A stretch of DNA of 64,000 nucleotides from a virus (taxonomy: Duplodnaviria; Caudoviricetes), in IMG/VR virus record IMGVR_UViG_3300034122_000625, positions 1,191 to 65,190 of that record. One strand, written 5' to 3'. Each line of letters opens with the position of its first letter. Position 1 is the first letter of the stretch. The translations under genes and the position numbers were made by a program. A model generated the notes under the pieces. The model saw only the letters and a program-made list of their open reading frames with translations, ran no database searches and had not been told where the DNA came from. Positions 7,701 to 15,058 of the stretch are shown here, in pieces.

Positions 7701-8098
7701 AAGCGCTCCACAGCCATCACCCCACGCTTGCTGAGGGCGAAACGGACCCTGTACTTGTGCCCACCGTCCTCGCGGAATCTGGCGGCCTCGAAGGTCTTGT
7801 AGGTCTCGAACCGGTGGAAGTGGTGGTATATGAGGTCCTTCTTTAACAGTGGGTATAGGAGGCGGGCGTACATATTTCTGTCGTTAATACCCGTATCTTT
7901 ACTCGCATGGACACGTGTAAAGAACACCAAGTCATACGCCCACACCATAAAGTCCAGTTGGGCACCGGTGACTTTGTTCTCATCGGCCACCTGTTGCCTT
8001 ATGCGGCCATAATACTTGAGTATGTTCTCTCTCTTGACGTTTATGTCTTTATAGAGGAACTCTCTAAACATATACTCTCTCTTTAACTTAGACTCCAT
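7673..8098 (-). CDS. putative winged-HTH (MarR-like) DNA-binding protein
   Basis: LDFMVW...LLKKDLI...FALSKRG pattern; minus-strand TAnnTTTG at 8260-8267; start uncertain. Confidence 0.5.
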   Translation of the reverse strand: MESKLKREYMFREFLYKDINVKRENILKYYGRIRQQVADENKVTGAQLDFMVWAYDLVFFTRVHASKDTGINDRNMYARLLYPLLKKDLIYHHFHRFETYKTFEAARFREDGGHKYRVRFALSKRGVMAVERFYFLLGNRV

Positions 8099-8423
8099 GA
8101 ATAAGAAGGTTTTTGAGGAAGCTCTGAAGCGTTCGTTTCTCGCCCAAGCCAAGATGATACTCGAGGCTCTCGATGAGCTCGTGGATGATATGGGGTTGAG
8201 GGATGAGGTGTTTATGGTGAACTGCGTGGCAGTAAACACAGGGGAGGACGATGAAGGGACAAATATAAGTGCCGTGTTCCAGATTCAGGTGGATGAAGCA
8301 GAAGATATAGCTGATATTATGGAGATGGCTATAGGGCACTACAGCCGATATGAGAAACTCCCCAAGAATAAACTATCGGCTACAGGGGCTATATTTGCCT
8401 CAAATCCAATATCCTTAAACTAA
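8097..8423 (+). CDS. hypothetical acidic protein
   Basis: ORF track; TAATG coupling to the next gene. Confidence 0.6.
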   Translation: MNKKVFEEALKRSFLAQAKMILEALDELVDDMGLRDEVFMVNCVAVNTGEDDEGTNISAVFQIQVDEAEDIADIMEMAIGHYSRYEKLPKNKLSATGAIFASNPISLN

Positions 8424-8662
8424 TGGATGGCTTAATTAGAAAGATAGTTATCGGGCGAGACCCGAAGAACGCTATGGCATACCACATAGGTATGGCAGCT
8501 GGCGCAAATACCGTCAGCACCATTGTATTCGACGATGAGCATATGCACCACACAGCCAAGAGCCGCTACCTCATCTACGTCAGTGAGGCGTCAGGGGTGC
8601 AGGTGCTGTGGAAGACGGTGGACGATATGCCGTGCATCGTGGAGTACGACCTGAACTTCTGA
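8423..8662 (+). CDS. conserved small phage protein (IRKIxIG...AMxYxIG)
   Basis: Motif typical of the gene upstream of GroES-like genes in Bacteroidota phages. Confidence 0.65.
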   Translation: MDGLIRKIVIGRDPKNAMAYHIGMAAGANTVSTIVFDDEHMHHTAKSRYLIYVSEASGVQVLWKTVDDMPCIVEYDLNF

Positions 8663-8679
8663 GTTACAATCAATTTATT

Positions 8680-9273
8680 ATGAGGACATTTGACAAGTTT
8701 ATCGTCCGTGTGCCCAAGCGCATGAACGATGAGATGACGCTGAAGAGTGGTCTGAAGCTGTTTGTGGACACCCGATTCAACGAGTTTGAGCACAGGGTGA
8801 ATGAGGGAGAGGTGGTGTCTACGCCGTTTAAGTACGAGACCCCGGTATCTGTAGGGGATACGTTGTACTTTCACCACTTGGTGGTTATTAACGATGGGCA
8901 GGCGCTGGACGACCATAAGGACCAGTACCTCGTCACCTACCACCCCACCATAGCTGTGAACAATCAGGCGATAGGGTACAAGAGCAAGGAGACAGGACAG
9001 TTTCACCCGCTCAACGGGTGGGCGATACTGTCAGAGGCTGAGGTTAAGGAGGAGCCGGTATCCACGATAATAGAGGTGGTGAAGCTCACAGAGGAGCCAG
9101 TAAGGAAGGGGGTTGTGGCTTTCGATAGCGATGAGACGGTAGCCTTGGGGCTGAAGGTGGGGGATGTGGTGGGGATACGAAAGAACCACGACTACAGGTT
9201 TAAGATTGACGGGGAGGAGTTTTACCGCACGCGAGTAGAGGACCTGCTGTATGTCGAAGAAGAAGCCATTTGA
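8680..9273 (+). CDS. GroES-like co-chaperonin with two tandem GroES-like domains
   Basis: TLKSGL...GEVV..P...VSVGDTLYF and GVV...LKVGDVV...FKIDGEEF...EDL patterns. Confidence 0.75.
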   Translation: MRTFDKFIVRVPKRMNDEMTLKSGLKLFVDTRFNEFEHRVNEGEVVSTPFKYETPVSVGDTLYFHHLVVINDGQALDDHKDQYLVTYHPTIAVNNQAIGYKSKETGQFHPLNGWAILSEAEVKEEPVSTIIEVVKLTEEPVRKGVVAFDSDETVALGLKVGDVVGIRKNHDYRFKIDGEEFYRTRVEDLLYVEEEAI

Positions 9274-9547
9274 CAGCCTCGACGCGATAACACGGCTGAT
9301 GGATAGTATGGCGGACGCCATAGACAACATGATTGAGGAGGTCCGTAAGCCAGTGGACTCGGAGGTGACGGGTAGCGCCAGAAAGGCTGAGTTGCAGTCC
9401 GTAAAGCAGACAGCCTTGGACTGTCAAGAGATGATTAAACGGTATCAAGAGTTGGCGGAGATGAAGAGAGAGCTATCTTCGTCCCACGGAATACTTAGCG
9501 AGCAGAAGGAGTACCAGCCGGGGTTCGCAGAAAGGTTTAGCAAATGA
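9251..9547 (+). CDS. putative terminase small subunit
   Basis: Small helical protein ending GFAERFSK; position in the packaging region; inference. Confidence 0.4.
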   Translation: MSKKKPFDSLDAITRLMDSMADAIDNMIEEVRKPVDSEVTGSARKAELQSVKQTALDCQEMIKRYQELAEMKRELSSSHGILSEQKEYQPGFAERFSK

Positions 9548-10482
9548 AGAAAGTTTTATTTCACTCTAACCAACTTGGTGTAAGGGGCACTGAGGTAGCT
9601 ATGTTTGACCACGCTGAGGCAAACGAATCTGTATTAGGGAATAAATCTTACATAGCCTCAAGGATTGACTCAGACCTGTTCTGCTTAAAAAAGTTTGAAG
9701 ACAGGTTTGAGGTGTTCCTCTACAAAAACTTGACTGAATTAGAGGATTTTTGTCATACAAAAGGCATAGGTTTCATCTATTTGTGCCGTTCAGGCGAAAC
9801 CGACTTTGTGTTAGGTGGCGTTAAAAACCTTGTGTACTCTGTTTTTAATGTTAATGAGCCGCATGGAGATAGGTATATGTACATATCTAAATGGCTGGCC
9901 GAACAGAACGGTGTTCCAGATGACTACATACCGTATATAGTTAATTTGCCGTATGTAGACGGGAATCTCAGACAAGAACTTGGTATACCCCCTGATGCCA
10001 TTGTATTTGGTAGGCACGGAGGCGAAACTGAATTTAACATACCGTTTGTTCACTACGCGGTATACAAGTTCGCTGTAGAAAATCCTGATACTTACTTCTT
10101 GTTTATGAATACCAGTAGGTTTTGTCCCAGCCTTCCTAATGTAATACATCTGAGCGCTTCATATGACTTAAGCAGAAAAGTTAAGTTCATTAACACTTGC
10201 AATGCCATGATTCATGCAAGAGCAATGGGCGAGTCTTTTGGATTGGCCGTTAGCGAGTTTTTGTTTTTTGATAAGCCAGTTATATCTTGGACCGGTGGTA
10301 ATGACCAGAATCATAGGGTTATGCTTGAGCATACCGGATTGATGTACTCAGACGTAGATGACTTCTTTAGATTGATTTCAAATATGTCGTTTGATTATAA
10401 ACCGGGAACATTCAAGAGTATAGTAGATGAATTTAGCCCTGAGCTTGTTATGAATAGGTTTAATGAAAAATACTTGAGTTGA
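9544..10482 (+). CDS. glycosyltransferase, GT-B (GT4-like)
   Basis: RGTE N-terminal motif; HAR..GESFGLAVSE nucleotide-sugar motif. Confidence 0.85.
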   Translation: MKKVLFHSNQLGVRGTEVAMFDHAEANESVLGNKSYIASRIDSDLFCLKKFEDRFEVFLYKNLTELEDFCHTKGIGFIYLCRSGETDFVLGGVKNLVYSVFNVNEPHGDRYMYISKWLAEQNGVPDDYIPYIVNLPYVDGNLRQELGIPPDAIVFGRHGGETEFNIPFVHYAVYKFAVENPDTYFLFMNTSRFCPSLPNVIHLSASYDLSRKVKFINTCNAMIHARAMGESFGLAVSEFLFFDKPVISWTGGNDQNHRVMLEHTGLMYSDVDDFFRLISNMSFDYKPGTFKSIVDEFSPELVMNRFNEKYLS

Positions 10483-11624
10483 TGAAAAAGACGGTATGCC
10501 TTAACATGATTGTCAAGGACGAGGAGGACTCTATCGAGAGATGTATCGATAGCGTTGCCCCGTATATTGACAGTTGGGTCATTGTAGACACTGGGTCGAA
10601 GGACAAGACCATAGAGAAGATTCACGAGGTGATGGGGAAGCACGGTATCCCCGGAACGCTTTATGAGCGCCCTTGGGTGAATTTCGCTCACAACCGCACC
10701 GAGGCCCTTAACTTGGCTAAGGATGTATGCGACTACCGCTTTATGATGGACGCCGACGACTACCTCGTGGTAGACGAAGGGAAGAACCCATTTAGTGTAC
10801 TGGATAGTGACGCCGGGTACAGCATTAAGTTGAAGTTCGCCGACATAGAGTATTACCGCTTCTTCTTGTTTAAGTCTGACTTGGACTGGAGATTTGAGGG
10901 TGTTCTCCATGAGTATCCCGCACTTCCAGACAATACCCCCAAATCTGGTGGCAATCTCAATGATTGTCACATCATGGCAAACATCTCACCTCTAAAGAGG
11001 GCTAAGTCGGTTAAGGAGAAGTACGCTAAAGACGCAAAGATTCTTGAGAAGGCGCTCAAAGATGAGCCGGGAAATCCAAGATACCAGTTCTATCTGGCTC
11101 AGTCTTATAGGGACTCAAGCCAAACAAACAAGGCTATAGAGGCATACAAGAAGCGTGCGGCTATGGGTGGGTGGGACGAGGAGGTGTACATCTCGTTGTA
11201 CCACGTGGCTCTACTCATGGACCAAGTGGGTAGAAAGGAGGAGGATGTGTTTTATGCGTACTCCAGAGCGTGGGAATTCCGCCCGCACAGACTCGAGGCT
11301 GTCTACTACCTCATGCGGTACTTGAGGATGAACAAGCGATATGTTTTGGCTTTCACGTATGGGAACATGGCGGCGCAGAATGCCAGAGAGGGAGATGTAC
11401 TTTTTGTGAATGTGCCCATCAAGAAGTGGCTGTTTGTAGATGAGTATTGTATGTCGGCATACTATGTTGGTCAGTACCAGCTGGCATATGACAATGCGAA
11501 GACGTTTATGGAGTCAGAGCACTTCAAAGAGGTTCCAGCAGAGGAGCAGGAGCGCTTAAGGAATAACTTCGCCTTCTACGAAGAGGCTATAAATAAGAAT
11601 AAAAATGAGCAAAAAGATAATTGA
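10479..11624 (+). CDS. GT2 glycosyltransferase with C-terminal TPRs
   Basis: CLNMIVKDE...DTGS.D.T...NRTEAL...MDADD...GVLHE, then R..FYLAQSY.D TPRs. Confidence 0.9.
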   Translation: MMKKTVCLNMIVKDEEDSIERCIDSVAPYIDSWVIVDTGSKDKTIEKIHEVMGKHGIPGTLYERPWVNFAHNRTEALNLAKDVCDYRFMMDADDYLVVDEGKNPFSVLDSDAGYSIKLKFADIEYYRFFLFKSDLDWRFEGVLHEYPALPDNTPKSGGNLNDCHIMANISPLKRAKSVKEKYAKDAKILEKALKDEPGNPRYQFYLAQSYRDSSQTNKAIEAYKKRAAMGGWDEEVYISLYHVALLMDQVGRKEEDVFYAYSRAWEFRPHRLEAVYYLMRYLRMNKRYVLAFTYGNMAAQNAREGDVLFVNVPIKKWLFVDEYCMSAYYVGQYQLAYDNAKTFMESEHFKEVPAEEQERLRNNFAFYEEAINKNKNEQKDN

Positions 11625-12366
11625 CTGCTTTACGTTTTATAACGAGTTCAATATGCTTAAGTTTAGGCTGACTGAACTCTATGACCACGTGGATTGGTTT
11701 GTTATTGTTGAGGCCAACAAGACTTATTCTGGGGCGGACAAGGAGATGAACTTTCCGCTTATATCATCTGAACTTGAGCCATTTTTAGATAAGGTCATAT
11801 ACGTTAGTGTCACTGATATGCCGGATGGAGATGACCCTTGGGTTAGAGAGCGATTTCAGCGCAACTGTATATCCAGAGGATTAGACGTTATCTCTCCATC
11901 TGACGACGATGTGATTTTAATATCCGACTGCGATGAAGTACCGGACGTATCTGCACTTCCGCTACTTAAAGTGTTTAAGTTTAATGACACCACCTTAGGT
12001 TTTGCTCAAGATATGTATTACTACAATCTTAATACGCTTGCTGACAACCTTTGGTTTCATGCCAAATCGTGCACTTACGGCATCTTCAAAACGCTCGGCG
12101 GTGCTGAAAAAGTTAGGTTCAACTCTCCGGAATACTATGTTAAATGCGGGTGGCACTTCTCTTATTTTGGAGGTGTAGACTTCATAAAAAACAAGATATC
12201 CAATTTCTCTCACCAAGAGTACAATACAGACCTATATACCAGCGATGAGAATATAAGCAACGCTATAAGGGATGGCAGGGACTTATTTCATAGGAGCGAA
12301 ATATCATACAGTCTTGTCGAGTTGGACCCAGAAGCCCTTCCTAATAATTACGAAATGCTTTTGTAA
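11605..12366 (+). CDS. GT17-family N-acetylglucosaminyltransferase-like protein
   Basis: IDCFTFYNE...RL.EL...VE...QRN...ISDCDE.P...GWHFSYFG. Confidence 0.85.
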   Translation: MSKKIIDCFTFYNEFNMLKFRLTELYDHVDWFVIVEANKTYSGADKEMNFPLISSELEPFLDKVIYVSVTDMPDGDDPWVRERFQRNCISRGLDVISPSDDDVILISDCDEVPDVSALPLLKVFKFNDTTLGFAQDMYYYNLNTLADNLWFHAKSCTYGIFKTLGGAEKVRFNSPEYYVKCGWHFSYFGGVDFIKNKISNFSHQEYNTDLYTSDENISNAIRDGRDLFHRSEISYSLVELDPEALPNNYEMLL

Positions 12367-13010
12367 TGTATAGTGTAGTCATTCCCACCATGTGGCGCTC
12401 TGACAGAACGATTAGCTTGCTCGAGGCTTATGATAAGTGCGATGCCGTTAATGAGATTCTGCTTATAGACAACGACCCATCCTCCGCCCCTGACTACTCT
12501 CACATAGAGAAACTAAACGTAATCCATTCAGGGAGAAACATATACGTCAACCCGTCTTGGAACTTAGGTGTGGCCGTGTCTTCATGTGAGGACGTCATCA
12601 TATCCAACGATGACATCTCGTTCCCTGTTGAAGAGACCCTCAACTTTATGTTAGAGAGCATATACGACTGCGTCGGCGTTCATCCAAAGGGTATAAACAA
12701 TCCAGAGCCTGTTAAGATGGAGCTCACGGAGGGTAATCACATAGGTAATGGCTGGGGTGTGCTCATGTTTGTTAAAAAGAGCAAATACAAGCCCATCCCG
12801 TCTTATCTTAAGGTGTGGTTTGGTGACAATTGGTTACATTTAACGTCCAAGAGCGTTCATAGTTTAACGGTGAATCTTCATACAGAGATGTCTACTACGT
12901 CGAATCTATCTGAGATGCACCCGGTGATTCGAATGGACATCAACAACTGGATAGCCATGACTGACATGAAGAACGACAGAAACGCTGCTGCATCTTTGCT
13001 TATGAGTTAA
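12366..13010 (+). CDS. GT-A fold glycosyltransferase (GT2-like)
   Basis: SVVIPT...EILLIDN...YVNPSWNLG...SNDDI...WFGDNW. Confidence 0.8.
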   Translation: MYSVVIPTMWRSDRTISLLEAYDKCDAVNEILLIDNDPSSAPDYSHIEKLNVIHSGRNIYVNPSWNLGVAVSSCEDVIISNDDISFPVEETLNFMLESIYDCVGVHPKGINNPEPVKMELTEGNHIGNGWGVLMFVKKSKYKPIPSYLKVWFGDNWLHLTSKSVHSLTVNLHTEMSTTSNLSEMHPVIRMDINNWIAMTDMKNDRNAAASLLMS

Positions 13011-13026
13011 TATATATCTTTGCTCT

Positions 13027-13254
13027 ATGCGAGCGAAGAAGCGAGACTACAAGGAGGAGTACCGTAAATACGGTAGCTCTGACGCCGCAAAGAAGTACCG
13101 CGTAGAGCTGAATAGATATAATCGCAGAAAGGGTACATACGGGAATGGTGACGGAAAAGATGCCGCCCATGATTCAAACGGAAAGATTTCTGGATATATT
13201 AGCGCATCGAAAAACAGGGCAAACAACCGTCCTAAATTAAGGGCAAGTAAATAA
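13027..13254 (+). CDS. small basic protein, HNH-derived-like
   Basis: RDYKEEY...GDGKDAAH...SKNRA. Confidence 0.55.
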   Translation: MRAKKRDYKEEYRKYGSSDAAKKYRVELNRYNRRKGTYGNGDGKDAAHDSNGKISGYISASKNRANNRPKLRASK

Positions 13255-13259
13255 GCGAC

Positions 13260-13556
13260 ATGATGGATTCACTTGTAGTAGTAGACAGTCTCAATGCATT
13301 TGCTGAGACCTCAAGAGTGGTAATCGACACCACATTTGTCATCAAAGAGACCGCTGCGGCTTCTGGCTCTTCAAGCTGGCTGACAGGTTCAAACCTCACT
13401 GAGATTCTCGTGGCTCTGATGGTTCTGGCTAAGGTCATCATCAACATCACCCCCACAGAGAAGGATAACAAGGTGTTTGGGTTGGTGGACTCGGTTCTCA
13501 ATGCCATCATCCCAAGCCGCATTAAGTCCGGCAATGGAGGGAACGCTGAGGTTTGA
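13260..13556 (+). CDS. small membrane protein (holin-like candidate)
   Basis: Single hydrophobic helix followed by ITPTEKDN. Confidence 0.5.
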   Translation: MMDSLVVVDSLNAFAETSRVVIDTTFVIKETAAASGSSSWLTGSNLTEILVALMVLAKVIINITPTEKDNKVFGLVDSVLNAIIPSRIKSGNGGNAEV

Positions 13557-13770
13557 GTTACCTAAGGATACCGCTGAGTTCCAAGCTGCCTGCCATGCAA
13601 AGTCTACTCTGCTTGGTGTACAGGAGTTCTCTGTTTGGCTAAAGAACGAGGTAAGGTTTCCTGAAGGTGAAGTCACTGAGGAGGAGTGGGCGATGCTGCT
13701 CAAGGTTCTCCATAAGTGGAACTCCATATGGGACAATAGAGACTCTAACTTCACACCCGTAACTTTTTAA
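13534..13770 (+). CDS. hypothetical protein (MEGTLRFELP...)
   Basis: ATG start within ORF 13477-13770. Confidence 0.55.
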   Translation: MEGTLRFELPKDTAEFQAACHAKSTLLGVQEFSVWLKNEVRFPEGEVTEEEWAMLLKVLHKWNSIWDNRDSNFTPVTF

Positions 13771-13809
13771 GGCGTTCTGCACCTCTACGTCGGAAAGGTG
13801 CTTCTAACT

Positions 13810-13886
13810 GGGGACGTAGCTCAGTTGGTTAGAGCAGGATGCTTATATCATCAAGGTCGCAGGTTCAAGCCCTGCCGTCCCTACCA
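13810..13886 (+). tRNA. tRNA-Ile(UAU), CCA encoded
   Basis: Cloverleaf; acceptor GGGGACG/CGTCCCT; anticodon loop CT-TAT-AT; GGTTCAAG T-loop. Confidence 0.85.
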
Positions 13887-13906
13887 CGCCAACGGGTGTG
13901 AATGTT

Positions 13907-13979
13907 GCTTCTGTAGCTCAATTGGTAGAGCAGCTGATTTGTACTCAGCAGGTTGAGGGTTCGACTCCTTTCAGAAGCT
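13907..13979 (+). tRNA. tRNA-Thr(UGU)
   Basis: Acceptor GCTTCTG/CAGAAGC; anticodon arm GCTGA-TTTGTAC-TCAGC. Confidence 0.9.
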
Positions 13980-14068
13980 CAAACAGTACTCATCACGCTA
14001 CCCATAAGAACAGCGTCCCGGGGTGAGTCCTTACGGGGGTAGGTAGTTGCAAATGCCTACCCTCATTT

Positions 14069-14141
14069 GCTTCGGTAGCTCAATTGGTAGAGCGCTGGTC
14101 TCCAAAACCAGAGGTTGTAGGTTCGAGTCCTACCCGTCGCG
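14069..14141 (+). tRNA. tRNA-Trp(CCA) with two acceptor-stem mismatches
   Basis: Anticodon arm CTGGT-CTCCAAA-ACCAG; acceptor GCTTCGG/CCGTCGC. Confidence 0.8.
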
Positions 14142-14146
14142 CAAAC

Positions 14147-14220
14147 GCCCTCGTAGCTCAGTCGGATAGAGCAACAGCCTTCTAAGCTGTGGGTCACAGG
14201 TTCGAGCCCTGTCGGGGGTA
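14147..14220 (+). tRNA. tRNA-Arg(UCU)
   Basis: Anticodon arm ACAGC-CTTCTAA-GCTGT; canonical D and T arms. Confidence 0.9.
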
Positions 14221-14233
14221 CAATAGAATTTAC

Positions 14234-14872
14234 ATGAAAGTCAGTATACTAAACATCACACCGGATGCTGAGAGGCACATGGTCGAGGTTGCGCGTGTTA
14301 GCAGCTCTCGTAGCGATAAGAAGGAGGATTACGAGGGCTTACTGAGGTACCTCATAGAGCACGGCCACTGGTCTCCGTTTGAGCACGCATTCCTCACTTT
14401 TGAGATAGAGACCAGCAAGGCTATTGCTATACAGCTCCTTAGACATAGGAGTTTTACGTTTCAAGAGTTTAGTCAGAGGTATCAGAACGTCTATAAGGTT
14501 GATGACGAGGTGTTCGAGAAGATTCAGCTGAGGAGGCAGTCCAATAACAATCGTCAGTCTTCTACGGACGAGATAGGCTGGCAACAGGACTACCTGTATG
14601 AACTTGTGGAGGAGCACTTAAAGCACACCAGCTACTTGTATGACCTACTGCTAAAGGAGGGTGTGTCCAGAGAAACGGCACGTATGATTCTGCCTATGTG
14701 CACCAAGACTAAGATGCACATGAGTGGAAGCGTTCGCTCTTGGATACACTTCTTCTCTGTGAGGGATGATGAGCACGCTCAGTTGGAGATGCAGTTGCTG
14801 GCTAAGGAAATAAAATCTATCTTTATGAGGCAACTTCCTGTCATCTCAAGCGTCTTGTACAACAACCAATAA
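14234..14872 (+). CDS. thyX: FAD-dependent thymidylate synthase
   Basis: HWSPFEH and RHRSFTFQEFSQRY signature; start re-called downstream of tRNA-Arg. Confidence 0.95.
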   Translation: MKVSILNITPDAERHMVEVARVSSSRSDKKEDYEGLLRYLIEHGHWSPFEHAFLTFEIETSKAIAIQLLRHRSFTFQEFSQRYQNVYKVDDEVFEKIQLRRQSNNNRQSSTDEIGWQQDYLYELVEEHLKHTSYLYDLLLKEGVSRETARMILPMCTKTKMHMSGSVRSWIHFFSVRDDEHAQLEMQLLAKEIKSIFMRQLPVISSVLYNNQ

Positions 14873-14881
14873 AATTTAGTC

Positions 14882-15058
14882 ATGAAGAAGTTCATTGTTG
14901 TTGCATTCGTAGCGTGCGTGGCTTTAGCGTCGTGCTCACCATCAGCCAGCGTAGCTCGTCACAGACGAGTCATGGAGAGAAACGACAGAATCAGTAACGG
15001 TCCGGTATTCCCGGGCAGCAGTCCGTGCTGTGAGGGCTGTGTACACGTTCAGTTTTAA
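14882..15058 (+). CDS. small lipoprotein, 58 aa (MKKFIVVAFVACVALASC...), not in ORF track
   Basis: Hand translation; LASC lipobox; TAATG coupling to terminase. Confidence 0.65.
   Translation: MKKFIVVAFVACVALASCSPSASVARHRRVMERNDRISNGPVFPGSSPCCEGCVHVQF

Noticed and set aside
13980-14068. Canonical theta/HDV-like ribozyme after tRNA-Thr
   Set aside because: Could not build P1-P2-P3-P1.1 with a catalytic C starting at the tRNA 3' end; kept only as an unclassified structure.
14189-14233. N-terminal extension of thyX in the ORF track
   Set aside because: Overlaps tRNA-Arg; ATG at 14234 is the sensible start.
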